Shown piece after piece: positions 29,432-42,732 of a stretch of DNA of 64,000 nucleotides. The position numbers and the translations under genes are program-made. The first letter of the stretch is position 1. Each line of letters starts with the position of its first letter. Under the pieces are notes generated by a model. The model ran no database searches, was not told where the DNA came from, and was given only the letters and a program-made list of their open reading frames with translations. The DNA comes from Tubiluchus corallicola (lineage: Eukaryota > Animalia > Priapulida), in NCBI GenBank assembly GCA_030141605.1, contig JAQGDQ010000406.1:145164-209163 (forward strand). The letters run 5' to 3'.

Positions 29432-31080
29432 TCATCCTTGTCTACTAGAGATAAGCGCTTTCACTGCACGTCGAAATGTTTCCAGTTTTCCGGAGTACAC
29501 AAATATATTTACAAACGAGTTGCACATGCCCAGTAGCAAAGCAAAAATTAACAGTTGAGTTTTTACCGTTATAAAACACAACTTGTGAAACTTGTAAATA
29601 GTGCTAAAAAGGGTAACCAAAATGCTGTGTACAAGGTAACTGTCATGCCAAGCACTTTTGCTATCTTTAACTTTTGTTTTAATTCATCGCCTCGTAAAGC
29701 TTTCGTTTGGTTCAGGCTGTTCAAAGCAGATATTGATTTTTGCTGCCTCACTGCGACACGTCCTATGTGAGAATAGCAAAATACAAACAGAGGAACAAAA
29801 ATTGCCCCGGATCCCGTGGTTGTTACAAAAACGTAGGGGAGACCCGGGTAAAGTGGATCACTTAAAGGTTTTCGCTCATAGAGTTCAAGACGTTTGATCT
29901 GTAACAATCAATTACATGCCCCATTCTTCCGTAGGAAACTCTGCTATATTCGTGTGGTAAAAACTTATAATTACTATTACTCGTTTAACAGATAATTCCG
30001 AAATACGAAACCAAAATGTCTAGGGCAAAGTGGATCTTTTACGGGCATAGTGGATCATACCGGAGCGGTTGAGCTCAACATAACTAACAATATCTTTTAA
30101 ATGGATTTTGTCTATTTTGCAAAAGTAAATTGATATGAAGCAGCAATGAACCATCCATCATATGTAAAAACAGTAGCGAATAAATCTGCACTAAGTGGAA
30201 TTTATCATCATGATCTATAAAAGTGAAAAATCGCAAGAAAGTGGGTGAAAAACTTACTTTTGTGTACCGTGCTTAGACAAACTTTGCAAAGGTCGAGGAC
30301 GTTTATGCAGAGTACACAGTAGATGATGATGTAACATCACACAGGGCGTAGACCGCGACACCTTACGGAAAAAAAGAGCAAACACGTTTGATCCGCTTTG
30401 CCCAGTGATCCACTTTACCCGGGTCTCCGCTACCTGCCATAATATCTGGTAAAATGTATGTAAGACAATCCTGTGTAGTCGCTTATATAGTACGTTACTG
30501 CACCTATTACTGTGATAAGAACTGTAAGGGTCCATGCCAAAACAATAGCAACTTCACCAGTTTTATGTGTGACCCATCTATGATAGTCCAGCGGGTAAAG
30601 AATGGCTATGTACCTTTCAATCGTTACAACCATGTACAGTATTATGGAACCATAAATGTTAAAAGACGTTAGGGCAGAGACGAATGTGCAGAAGCCAATC
30701 TTGCATCGAACACCTGCCAGGAATCCCGCGAACAGAACGAGCAATCCAAATCCGGTTGATGAATTAGCGACGGCCAGATTTGCAATGAAATAGAAAACCA
30801 CTTCGTGGAGTGAAGGCGTGTAGATGATTGTTATAAGTATTAAGAAGTTGCCAGTTACAATACCGGTTCCGAGAAAAAAATTCACTGAGTTGGATAACAA
30901 ATGAGCTAGGTCATGTTCTAAAACGCTTTTGCAGCCCGTGTGGATCCCATTGTCATCAAGAGAATATGAAAAGTTTGATTTATTGAGCAGCTCTGGGCTT
31001 ATTGATGAGTTCTCCCATTCTGGAAGTTCCTTGAAGTCATCCAGTTGATTAATTTTACACGACGTCCTCTCAGTCTTGGT
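29432..31080 (-). pseudogene. Rhodopsin-class (class A) GPCR, disrupted
   Basis: TM1 GN, TM2 IANLAVA, TM3 TIERYIAI, TM4 W, TM6 FWLPF, TM7 NSFVNIFVY, and N-terminal N-glycosylation sequons are present. The gene is split by a MITE at 29836-30430 and has a frameshift near 29575. No in-frame ATG precedes TM1 (in-frame TAA at 31081-31083). Confidence 0.85.
29836..30430. mobile_element. Tc1/mariner-pogo-type non-autonomous element, TA target duplication
   Basis: TA|GGGGAGACCCGGGTAAAGTGGATCACT ... AGTGATCCACTTTACCCGGGTCTCCGC|TA (27-bp TIR, 1 mismatch). Removing it restores the GPCR frame. Confidence 0.92.
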
Positions 31081-31163
31081 TTATTATAATTGTCTGGTTA
31101 ATCTGAAAGTAATTTATTTCATATAATTATTTCATATAACATCAATAATTGTACAGTTACTTG

Positions 31164-31660
<497 letters not shown>

Positions 31661-32467
31661 AAGAGGGAGGGAGGCAGGGACGGAGGGAGAGAAAGAGAGA
31701 GAGGGAGACAGAGAGAGAAACAGAGGTAGCAAGAAACAGGGAGCTAGTGGAAGAGTGACTTTTTCTCGAATTACTGTACCTAGCACTTGTTATGTAAAAA
31801 AGAAAAAAGCACTTCAGGCATATTTGTGAAAAAACAGGACTCAAATTACAAAGGGTACAAAGAAATATAATTATTTGGTTAATTAAAAATACTTTAAAGA
31901 TATTTAAAATTTATAATGACGACGATGATGATGACAACGACGAAGATGACAACACATACATCACCAGGACCAACAGCACAGCCTCACAACAAAACATTTT
32001 GTACAAAGTTGAAGCTGTGTGCTACAACAAAAGCTCTTAGACCCTTCCACCAATGATCAATAATGCGCGAACATTCTATACAGTGTTTATATAAATTTCC
32101 CTTTTGATCGTAATAGACTAACATTACAACACTTATATTATAACAGCCAGTAGCAGTTTTACAGAAAAAAATTATAGGCAGAGTATAATGTCAGAACAAT
32201 GGCTTTGCGTCAGCAGTTTTCCAAGCGAAAATCGTCCGAAATGGAACCTCTAATTAACTCGTCGCTAATTCTCTTGGTTGTCCTAAAACGAAACCCAAGT
32301 CATCTAATAGACCTGTTCCTCCTCTTTCCAAAGAGCCGTACATCGCCTTCCGAGAGTTTTCTGCAGTATGTTTGGCCAAAGTTTCGAAAAAATCAAGAGT
32401 TACAATGGTAATCGGGTCGTGCAGAGTTGGTGGTTCTTGTGCTTGTGTTTCTTATATGTGTTTCTTG

Positions 32468-32571
32468 TATATATATATATATATACATACATATATACAT
32501 ACATAAATACATACATACATACATACATACATACATACATACATACATACATACATACATACATACATACA

Positions 32572-32604
<33 letters not shown>
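32468..32604. repeat. (TA)n(TACA)n microsatellite
   Basis: Direct inspection. Confidence 0.95.
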
Positions 32605-32605
<1 letters not shown>

Positions 32606-33209
32606 GATAGGTAGATAGGGCTATATATATATATTTACACAACAGTATATATAATATATATATATTGTTGTATATGGGCCACATATATATATATTAAGCC
32701 CATACTATAATGCGATCAAGAAATATAATTATTTTAATAATATAATAAAACTTACACTTGTGACGCCCAGCAAAAGATGCTCTATCCGTTACAAAAACTT
32801 TTGCTAGAAGATTTTTTGAAATTTAGGAAAACATGACTATAAAAACCGGTTGTTGAGATTGACTAGGTCCCGAGGAAGAGGAAGATCAGACGTTCAACAA
32901 TCACGCCATCTACAAGGTTGTTACTTCTGTCGTCACGTCATTCGTTCGCGCCTGCGCGTTTTGCAGGATGAACAGCCAGAGACGCCTAAAGCGGCTCATA
33001 AATTGGAAAATATATTTTCTGGGAAATGTTTTCTTTGAAGTAAATTTTTCTGGCCAGTAATTTTCCTGTAAAAGTTTTTCCCGGGAAAAAGCTTTCCTGG
33101 AAAGGTGTCTACCTTTTGCACCCCGACCAAACCTGAACAGTCTGATCTTCCTCTTAGGGTATAAAGTTTTGGGCTAAAATATTTGTATTTGCATTTCCAA
33201 TTAAATTTA

Positions 33210-33517
<308 letters not shown>

Positions 33518-34101
33518 GAAAGCTGTACAAGTTTGTTTGAGACACATAATTATCATTATGTCAATGAAGCACTTTTTGCACGGTGCACACGATGCAAAAT
33601 CTGCCGGTAGCAATTTGTCTGAAACGGATTTTGCTCGTATTTTGGGCTCGATAAAAAGTTGGCAAAAACAGCGTGGGAAAATGTGTCTCGGACACGTTAT
33701 TACTGACAAATCTTGCACTGTGTGCGACCGGTATACGATAACATTTGCGTTGTCAACTGCAGAGGAATTTTATCTATTTAAAAGTATCAGTTTTTTTTTA
33801 AATTAGCCACTCTAACAGCAAAATCCCCAGTTTTGTTCTTTCAATGTTCTTTCTCCTGAAGACATCTTTTTCCGCGTTGTCTTTGCAAACTCAGAAGAGC
33901 TAAAATAGTTTGATATTGTCTGTAGTCTACTATGTAAAACGTGGAATCAAAGCATATTGTTGATAATAATCAGCTTCTTCTAAATATGGAATTCGTTAGA
34001 ATTCATTTAAACAGATTTTGGAGAATGCTGTCACAATGATAAATTCGTTCTCGACTTTTGCGCGGTCTTTACAAAAAAAAATTCGAATGATGGATCAAAG
34101 C

Positions 34102-34714
34102 ATGGAGAACCTCGTTATTTTGCTTATTATTATTTGCACTTTATTTAAACCAGCCATATGCGAGAAATGCGAGAACACGGACGATGAAATCAGTCAGATT
34201 TCACCTTGCGTATTTACAAGTGACTTTAAGAACAAGACAATGAAGAACTGCGTTTCTATCTTGTGCTGGGAGTTGGCGAAAGAGGAATTAGCTACCTTTT
34301 CCTCTTCACGTGTGAAAATCCCCATAACACAAATTCGTGTTGCTCGATATGAAGATACAGAATTACCAGAGAATTTTCTGGCTGGTATTGATGTCAAATT
34401 TCTAAGCTTTGAAAAGACACAAGTGGAACAATTAACAGAAGGATGCATTTATGACGACTTCCGACATCTTAGGAATTTAGATATTATTAACAACGCCATG
34501 CTGAAATTTATACATCCCAAAGCATTTTCCAGACTTTCTGCTCTTACAAGAATTTATATTGCGAAAAATCCAAGTTTGACTGCAATAGATTTTGACTTGA
34601 CTGCCTTACCAAAATTGGGATTACTTCATATAACAAAAAATACGCATCTAGAAAGAGTCACATCAACATTCAGTTCTAACATAAAGCCTGGACAGCCAGG
34701 GATTAGTTTATTTA
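34102..34714 (+). CDS. LRR-EGF(n)-Ig protein, exon 1: signal peptide, Cys N-cap and about 4-5 leucine-rich repeats
   Basis: MENLVILLIIICTLFKPAIC signal-like segment. LRR-like strands LPENFLAGIDVKFLSF, LRNLDIINNAMLKFIHPKAFSRLSALTRIYI and LPKLGLLHITKN. Phase-1 donor A|GTAAGT at 34715. Upstream in-frame ATGs at 34036, 34087 and 34090. Confidence 0.85.
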
Positions 34715-35418
34715 GTAAGTATTGGTAATAAATAAGTCTGGAGTAGCACTGGCATCATGAAAATTTTACTTTCGTCTTAAATAATTGACTAACAGTTACT
34801 ATAATTGTAGTTCTTATTAAATAATTAACAAGGAATCAATAATATTTTCTCGGTTAATTTATTTTACGTCAGCACATTGAAACATTATAAATTGTAAAAG
34901 TACTTGGTCTTCCTGAGCTGGGGCCTACTTAATTTAACAATAGTTAGTAGTTATTTTGAAACTCTTATTAAATTTTTGTAATTTCTAAAGCAGCGGTTAC
35001 TTTGGTAACTGACCCTGCAATTTACAAATATGCCCATGTTTTCAAGCAATTTGAGCACGTAGTAGCCTAAAGCCCATTTCACAGTGAGGATGAACAGAAA
35101 ACTGGCAACCTTCCCTTTTCTTGAAGAGTGCTACAGAAATTGGAACACTGTTTTCTGTTGGTTTGCACAGTTCACATTCATTTCGCACCTCCCGGTAAAC
35201 GACTATGATATTTCACGAATACCCTCTACCTGCCATTTCACATCTCTGGATTAATGATCTATGATACTTCACACCTTCATCACCTTGAACAGCTTAGCCA
35301 TTTTGACGGCCATTATGATAATTAAGATATTGATTGTGTTTTTACGATTTTTATAAATAATCGTGGCATTTTTTTGTAGCAATGTATCTCTAGTATGCGA
35401 TTTTTGCAATTTTTTTAG

Positions 35419-35553
35419 GAAACCACTTAATCTGTGATTGCAATTTACTGTGGCTACGCGAGGGTAAATTCAGAACAGTTTACTTTGACTGCGCGCTGCC
35501 TGTCCCCAAAATCGATGCCTCAGTAAATGACATTACGTCTTCGTGCATAGCAG
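35419..35553 (+). CDS. LRR-EGF(n)-Ig protein, exon 2: LRR C-terminal cap
   Basis: TTTTTTAG|GA gives NHLICDCNLLWLREG...DCALP...SSCIA, then G|GTGAGT. Matches the NxxxCDCxLxWL LRRCT motif. Phase 1-1. Confidence 0.88.
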
Positions 35554-36927
35554 GTGAGTGAGTGAGCGAAAGAAAAGATGAGCTAGACCCTGAATTTCAT
35601 GAATAGGCAACACCTAGGGTGACAAATTGAAACGTCATTTTTTTTAAAAGATACACGGCTGATGAAAAACACGATAGATGAAAAAACTTAGAAAACAAAC
35701 GTGGAATTTCATTGTAGACTAGTAATATTAATCACTGTTTAAAGTTTATAGTTATGACCATGACAGGGCCAAACAGACAGACGTTAAACGCAGAAGTTCG
35801 ATACTCGTTCTAGGCGGTTTTATTTGGCATACTGTCTTGTCTTGTTGTGGGATGTCTGAGCGTGGCTAAACCATCTACACATGCTCAGTGTCTCACTTTA
35901 GAGGAGTAACCTCACTTTAGAGGATTTTGCCACAGACATCAAGTTTCAGTAGGTCTTGCCATTTATAATTGAAAAGACTAGCCGAGGCCTGGCAAACATG
36001 TTGCGTATAAATCCACTTCTAATCAACAATGAGCGAACATTCTACACAGTATGTGCTTATTTACTAAACATAAAAAACACCTTCAGCAACTTTTACTGAA
36101 TTAAAGTTATAAAGCTGTTGGCTGAGTATAATGGATGGGGACGTCAAAACAATCGCTTTGAGGGAATAGGGGCGAAATCGGAGCCTGTAATCGCGTTGTA
36201 GCCTTGTTCCTCCTCTTTCTAAAGATCTACGTACTTCCTTCCAAAAGCCCCACCGGGCGTTTTTGGAATGTTTTTCTTAAAGGGTGTTTGGTCAAAATTT
36301 TCCGGGAGCTATGTCCGGGAAAACGCCCGTTGATGGAAACCGCGGACTTCCCGTGAATTCTAAATATGACTATAACACACACACCACTGAACGGGCTATG
36401 TAACCGTTATAAGCACCGCTCCTGTCACGTTCCCGTTCTCTAGATATAGGAAGTATAACTTCTGCAAAACATGGGCTAAAGAGGACCGCTTTTGGAGGTT
36501 TTCGCCACCGTTTCCCCCGGTGGACCTGTTTCGAAAAATAAGGCGCTAATGAGACGACAATAGACCTTTCGTTTAATAAATAGAGCACCGAAAATGATGC
36601 CGTTCTGAGAGCTAGCTTTAACAAAAACTTACCCAGTAGGATACAAATAGGAGTGGGGATAACTCAATAAATGAGAGTGCCTCAATGTCTGCAAAACATG
36701 GAAGCAGAATTTTGCAACGACGATATTGATGATGACGATGATGACGACGACGACAACAACAACAACAACAATAACGATGACCACAACGATGATGATGAAG
36801 ATGATGATGATGATGATGATGATGATGAAGATGATGATGATGATGATGATGATGGTCATGATACAACCTTTAGATTCATTATTACTGCTTGGATACATCT
36901 GCCTATGGCTGAAGTTTTTTTGTTTAG

Positions 36928-36986
36928 ATGCCATTGATGAGTGTGATTCTAATCCTTGTCAGAATGGAGCATATCTTAATGCATGA
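36928..36986 (+). pseudogene. Truncated EGF exon (acceptor intact, 3' half deleted, reads into a stop)
   Basis: [19 protein letters not shown]. The 5' part copies exon 44276 and is fused to intron sequence also seen at about 58126. Confidence 0.8.
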
Positions 36987-37061
36987 TATTCGAGTAATAC
37001 TTTAATATACAGTCATGTAACAAGTTCGGTAATATTTTTACCCAATAGCTCTTTTCTTTAG

Positions 37062-37181
37062 ATATAAATGAATGCGCATCTGATCCTTGTGTCCATGGTA
37101 CATGTTCTGATAGAATTAACTCATACATTTGCAATTGTCAAGCTGGGTATACTGGAAATAAATGTGACCATCCATTAAGAA
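37062..37181 (+). CDS. EGF exon with original donor deleted; possible cryptic in-phase donor
   Basis: [39 protein letters not shown], then A|GTAAAA at 37182. Confidence 0.5.
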
Positions 37182-37803
37182 GTAAAATATGTACAAAACT
37201 CCCAATTTTACTGTTTAATATTATCTTAGGAAAATTTATGTAATATTGCAGCTTAATCATATGATCAAATTTTGATCTAGTTGCGTTGATAACAGTCAAA
37301 ATCGTCATATCGCATTAAGCTGTTGCATTACAGGTGATATTCAACATAGAATCTGCTATTATATATTTACATGGTATTTTAATACTATTAGTGCTAGACT
37401 AAGAGAAATCCATTCTGACAGGCTTGCGAACGTTTAAATGCTAAGAGCTAACTGTCGATTGAAAGTCGATAATTCTTTTTAACAGCAGTTTCTGACTAGT
37501 AACTTAGTCAATCGCTAGCAAGTTCAAAACTTGCTTAGTGTTACTCAACGAAACTAATCGTTATCTGACACTCACTTCTCTTTTTACTGTGATAAGTTCC
37601 GAAAGTAACTTGCTGAGGCAGTAACACTATAGAGTAACTCACTGGAGATCAACTCATAGCATCTGTTGGAGAGCTTGCAATTACATGTCAAAAGTAACTC
37701 GTGAAGCAGTTCACACTGACGGGAGTTTATTGTAAGAGAAAAATGCACAACAGAAAACTCACAAGTTCGAACGTGCTGTAATGCATTGGTTGTTTTTGTT
37801 TAG

Positions 37804-37917
37804 ATATTGACGAATGTTTATCTCAACCTTGTACTCGCGGAGCTACATGCAAAGATGGAATCGGTTTCTACACTTGCATTTGCAGGGCAGGATACACTGG
37901 AGTTAACTGTAGGGAAG
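37804..37917 (+). CDS. Ca-binding EGF exon
   Basis: TTTAG|[40 protein letters not shown]|GTAAAA. Confidence 0.85.
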
Positions 37918-37989
37918 GTAAAATACACCACGATTTTTGCAAGTTACTTTCCACTTGTAATTGTAGTTTGTTCCTACTATTCAGTTCAG

Positions 37990-38102
37990 TATTGACGATT
38001 GTTTATCTAAACCTTGTAAATACGGAGCTACGTGCAAAGATGGAATCGGTACCTACACTTGCATTTGTCTTCCTGGATATACAGGACGTAATTGTGAACA
38101 AG
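37990..38102 (+). pseudogene. EGF exon with out-of-phase acceptor
   Basis: [37 protein letters not shown] has an intact donor, but the AGs ending at 37966, 37984 and 37989 are all out of phase 1. Confidence 0.7.
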
Positions 38103-38305
38103 GTAAAAGTTGCCACCATGTTTAGTATTATAGGCAGAAATTAACAAACCTAAATAAGTAGAAAAGACAATATGAACGTTTAATTTGTTACTAATACATG
38201 TGAAAGTTTGGAATGTAAATTTTACAAGGAATTATAAAGAAATGAATTATTGGAAAACGTTAACATATCAATTTTCGAAGTTTATGTAATTGCATCTTTC
38301 TCCAG

Positions 38306-38368
38306 GTGTTGGTAGACTTGTAGCAAGATCATACTCTGTCTTGCGTCGGCTAAGAACAAATGGACAAA
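38306..38368 (+). CDS. 63-nt basic linker mini-exon (GVGRLVARSYSVLRRLRTNGQ)
   Basis: Acceptor TCTTTCTCCAG, donor A|GTGAGT, phase 1-1, open frame. Confidence 0.7.
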
Positions 38369-39029
38369 GTGAGTAAGCTCAATATATCGCTTATCTAAAC
38401 AATAACGTTAGAGAAAGATCAACTATGATATTTTGTCGGGTTAAAATATTTTCACGCTAAAAATTAATTTCATTTTTTTAATAAAAAAGTTTTATTAGTA
38501 TATTTTATCAATACAGCGAAAAACATATGCAGAAATCAGAATTTGAATATGTACATTTCTGTTTTTTGCTGCAGACAGTAAGCATCCCACGCACCTCTTT
38601 AGCAAAACACTTGTAATAATAGGGTGTAGCTGCTTTTTCAAAATGTAATGTAGGTTCAAACAGTATGAGCAATTATTATTCAAATCTTAACTTAGCTTGT
38701 CACAAAGCAAAAGATGATCCAATTGAAGCTTGCCAAATGTATTCAAGTAATTATCCTAACCGAACTATAGCCACAGCCGAAACCATAACACATCACTAAA
38801 CTAATCCTCTTCAGCCATATTTCCCAGAAAGTATGCTGCTGTTAGTAATAAGAGCTTTGAAATCTCTCATGTGTTAAGGATAAACGGGTACTGATAAACT
38901 GCATCAGATGCCTGTCTTTCAGCCTCGAGACAATGTATACCAGTAAAAAACAAATAAATAATGAAATTTGTTCAAGTTGTAACGACATTGTCTAGACAAT
39001 TCATTACCAATTCAAAGTCTTCTATCTTT

Positions 39030-39214
39030 TTTGGCATGCTACATGGGTCAGTTTTAGTCTATCCAATGTGGGCGTAGTTGCCGATATTAGACGCGATACG
39101 CACGCTAGATATTATAAAGGGTTTTGGCATGCTACATGGGTCAGTTTTAGTCTATCCAATGTGGGCGTAGTTGCCGATATTAGACGCGATACGCACGCTA
39201 GATATTATAAAGGG
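39030..39214. repeat. 92-bp perfect tandem duplication
   Basis: TTTTGGCATGCTACATGGGTCAG...GATATTATAAAGGGG occurs twice. Confidence 0.92.
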
Positions 39215-39417
39215 GTACGAATGATAAAATGAGAACAGGGCTTTATCAGAAGCGAAAAGCTGTCTGAATTGAGTGTACAAAATAAATCACGCGAGTTCAG
39301 TAAAGTAACTGGTAAAAAGGGGTATCTTCTAAATGTATTAATCGTTAAACAGATCCGATTATTGATGGCAGATCTAAGGTCTGTGATAATATTGATGCTC
39401 GCAATTTGTCATGTGCC

Positions 39418-39821
39418 AGCGGCGAATACAGGCTTTAGAAAAAGGGTAGGCCCAACGAAAAAGCAGCTAGGGGGTCCGGGTACCCCGATAAACCAATGCA
39501 TTTTACTGCCTCTTAGAACATTTTTCTTCCTGTTTCCTCAAGTAAATTCAATAGTTTAAAACTCATTATGGCAGCCTAGTATGGCATTATAATTGCGCAC
39601 AGTGCTATCTATGCCAAAAACTTCAATTTTCACTTAAAGGCACACTTTTTTACACTGAAATCGTTAATGCAGAACGTTTTACTCGATATAAGTCATTAAA
39701 AGCTTACAGTAAACGTTCTAATGCTTATAATTCAGAGAAAACATTCACTTGGTGTGCTGTAACTGCTAGCATGAAAGGGTGGGCCCAGGCCCCTTGAGCC
39801 CACCCCCTAAATCTGCCACTG
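39418..39821. mobile_element. MITE-like element with CAGCGGCG.../...CTGCCACTG termini
   Basis: Imperfect terminal inverted repeats with GC-rich subtermini. Confidence 0.5.
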
Positions 39822-40933
39822 CGTGCTAACTCAGTTGCAGACGTCTCATCTGCGCTGCCTAGATTGAAACTCAAAAAGTCAGACGGCAATCTTCTTTGAA
39901 CACCTGATCACACATAGTGCATCCCCATTGGGTTTGTCAGACTGCACACACCAAACCTGGTAACGATATAGCGAAGAAGACAAAATTCCAATATAACAAA
40001 ATTTCAATAAACCTTTAAAATCGAAACAACGTATCCTCGAATCAATATATCAAACGTTTAACCGCCAGAAATGAGACAAACTTTCTGACGAAAAACATGT
40101 TAAAGACGTTAGCTTATAGCAACCTATATACGACAGATAAACAAGTGAACAATGGTGTTAGTTTATGTAACTTGCGCGTATGAAACCGATTATAAAGAGT
40201 TAAGCACTCAGCAACTTTGAGTTAGACACAAAGCATCTGATGCTAGCAAAAAAACGTAGACTGTCCGTATAACTTTGCAAAGTTTTGTAAATGAGCAAAG
40301 TACTTTTGAGGACAATGTCTGAACTGTCTGTTTTTCCTACATTGCGTACCAGTCTGGATTTAGATCTTGCCAGGAATGGTTTGTTCAGCATTCTCTTCGT
40401 AATTTTTGGCTTTTGTAGCAAAATTTAATGTTTGTATGTTGGATATACTAAATCATTTTCGCAGACAGACCTTTTAAAATATTTTGTTGTTTTGATAAAT
40501 ATACGATTTAGATGACTACAAGTTTGTACTTTTTAAAAACTTTTGTGACATTTACTGCTTTTGGCATGTCTTAAGTATATAAAGTAAAAGTAAGTAAGAT
40601 TTCTATGTATTGTCAAGAATTATAATATTGTATTTTCCTCATACTTTTTTGAATGTTGCATAGTGCTGCCAGCACGAGGTGTTCTTGTCAAAATTGCTAA
40701 ATTTTTCTCTTTACTGCTTAAATTTTCATTCGCTTATACAGTCTTTATGAATGCAAAATCTCTAAACCTGTTTTCACACCTAACTGATTTTACCAGTAGT
40801 TTTGGTAAATTATTTTTTTTTTGGTTTCTTCAAACCACAGTGAAAATGAAAAAAGGGCAAGCTATTGGGAGCAAGTGAAGTCTGTTGTTAGCTGATTTGT
40901 TCCTTTGTCATTGGGAGCTTATTTACATATATA

Positions 40934-41129
40934 CAGTGTCAAACCTCGTTATAATGCCCTTGTTATAATACCAACGTCATTTAACGTCCAAATTTTTAGC
41001 AAAACAAATCGTTCATATTAAAATTTACATAGCTGTGTATGTATTAATGCCCCTCGTCATAGCGCCAAACTTTCAATAACGCTAACTTTTTTCCCGCCAC
41101 AAAGTAGGCAGTATAAAGAGGTTGGACTG
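40934..41129. mobile_element. Tc1/Tigger-type MITE
   Basis: TA|CAGTGTCAAACCTCGTTATAATGCC ... GGCAGTATAAAGAGGTTGGACTG|TA. Confidence 0.75.
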
Positions 41130-41191
41130 TATGTTCTCAAAGAGTACAAAATGAGCAGGCTAAAATCTTTTCTAAAGTTTGCAGATACACC

Positions 41192-41623
41192 TGTGAAAGT
41201 TAGTTATGAAGTTGAACACTTGTAGAAAACAACTGAACACTATATTACATATCTGCACAGAACTGAAACACGTTTATTACACTAAATACACATGAGTAAA
41301 ATACACAAGTAAAATGAAGATCACGACTGCTGCACTGCACTGAGAGTGTGAGTCAGACAGTGTGTAGCACGACTGCCCGTCACTGAGAGCGTGACAGAGA
41401 GACAGTCAGTGGCTAGAAGTGAAATCTAGCCAGTTTATATAGGTAGAGAACTACGCAAAAACTTGGCTTCACATATCCCATTACAGTAAAGAAAGGGGAG
41501 ATCCAGTGAGTTTGCATATTCACTGGACCGAACAATTGTACTAGGGGTGAGTTTAACTAGTAAATGTTAAAGTGACTAATCAATAGATGGCAGCACCTAA
41601 AATATACAGTTACGACTTTCACA
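41192..41623 (-). mobile_element. Solo LTR (432 bp) with 5-bp target duplication
   Basis: ACACC|TGTGAAAGT ... ACTTTCACA|ACACC. AATAAA on the minus strand near 41275. Confidence 0.85.
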
Positions 41624-42484
41624 ACACCCTTTTATATGTTTATTGCCTATTTTTATACCTGTTACGTGATTATCTGTTTTCCTACTCAGTTATTTTATAA
41701 AACGTATTACTCATCCCCTGCTGCCTCTAGTACAGGCAATGAAAAAGATCATGTAAACTGTCTAGATGCTAATATAAATGTGAGTAACTGTAGCTTATCA
41801 TAATGTAGACTAGTTATTTTTATTAATTTTTTTATATAATTACTACATATAAAGTATTACATGTAGTGTATAATTATTACACTACCTTCTGGTAATGTTC
41901 CAGAAAACATTTAGGAGTATTTGCTAGTCAGTTGTTATATTGTGGAAGAATATCCACAGATATTGCAGATTTATTAAAAGGCTGTGTGTGCTGCATGTTA
42001 AAGAGCGGTTAAAAAGCAGCAAATTTCCAAAACATTTTCTTTACATTCTAAATTGTTATTATTTTAAGTCCAACCTGTTTTCTGTCACGCAGGTGCCTGT
42101 TTTTTTAGATTTTTGTTACAGGGACGTAGTAGTTCTTGGCTTCCCATGGAAAGTATTGCTGTGTGGGTGGGTATAGATGTGTTGGTATTTTATTGGTAAG
42201 CTAGCATACACATGTGTATATCTATGTGCACATATTGTCCTTGCTATCTATTGTAGATAATCCTACGTATTTATCTTGTTTTTGGTCTCTTGTGTGTCAC
42301 CAAAGAGGTAAGCTAATTACAACTTGTTGTCTCCATTTAAATATGAAGAAAGGTAGCAGGCAACTGACTGTATTTTTCCTTGTTTTGGCTTACGAAATAA
42401 ATGTTATTTGAATTTATTATAAATCAACTTGACCTGATTCGATGGTTCTGATAAATTTTTAATGTATTTATTGCTTCTGTTTAG

Positions 42485-42613
42485 AAGCGGCGGGAGCTTG
42501 CTCGTCCAATCCTTGTAAGAATGGAGGTGTATGTACAGCTACGTGTCACAGGGGTATCCATAGCTACTCTTGTTCATGTCCTGAAGGACTTGAAGGAAAA
42601 AATTGTAATATAG
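42485..42613 (+). CDS. Atypical 7-Cys EGF exon
   Basis: TTTAG|[45 protein letters not shown]|GTAAAT. Confidence 0.85.
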   Translation, partial: KRRELARPILVRMEVYVQLRVTGVSIATLVHVLKDLKEKIVI

Positions 42614-42732
42614 GTAAATACGTAATAGAATGTGGCTATTTAATTCAAATTCTTATTTTTAACAATTTTGGGCCTGCAATAAATATCGGCTCCAGTCTGG
42701 ACTTTTTGCGCAATCAATGATTAAACGCTTAA

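Noticed and set aside
32750-32970. CpG-rich segment with a minus-strand GTAAGT donor as a 5' exon or promoter of the GPCR
   Set aside because: Plausible but unsupported: it supplies no in-frame ATG and the motifs are short enough to occur by chance.
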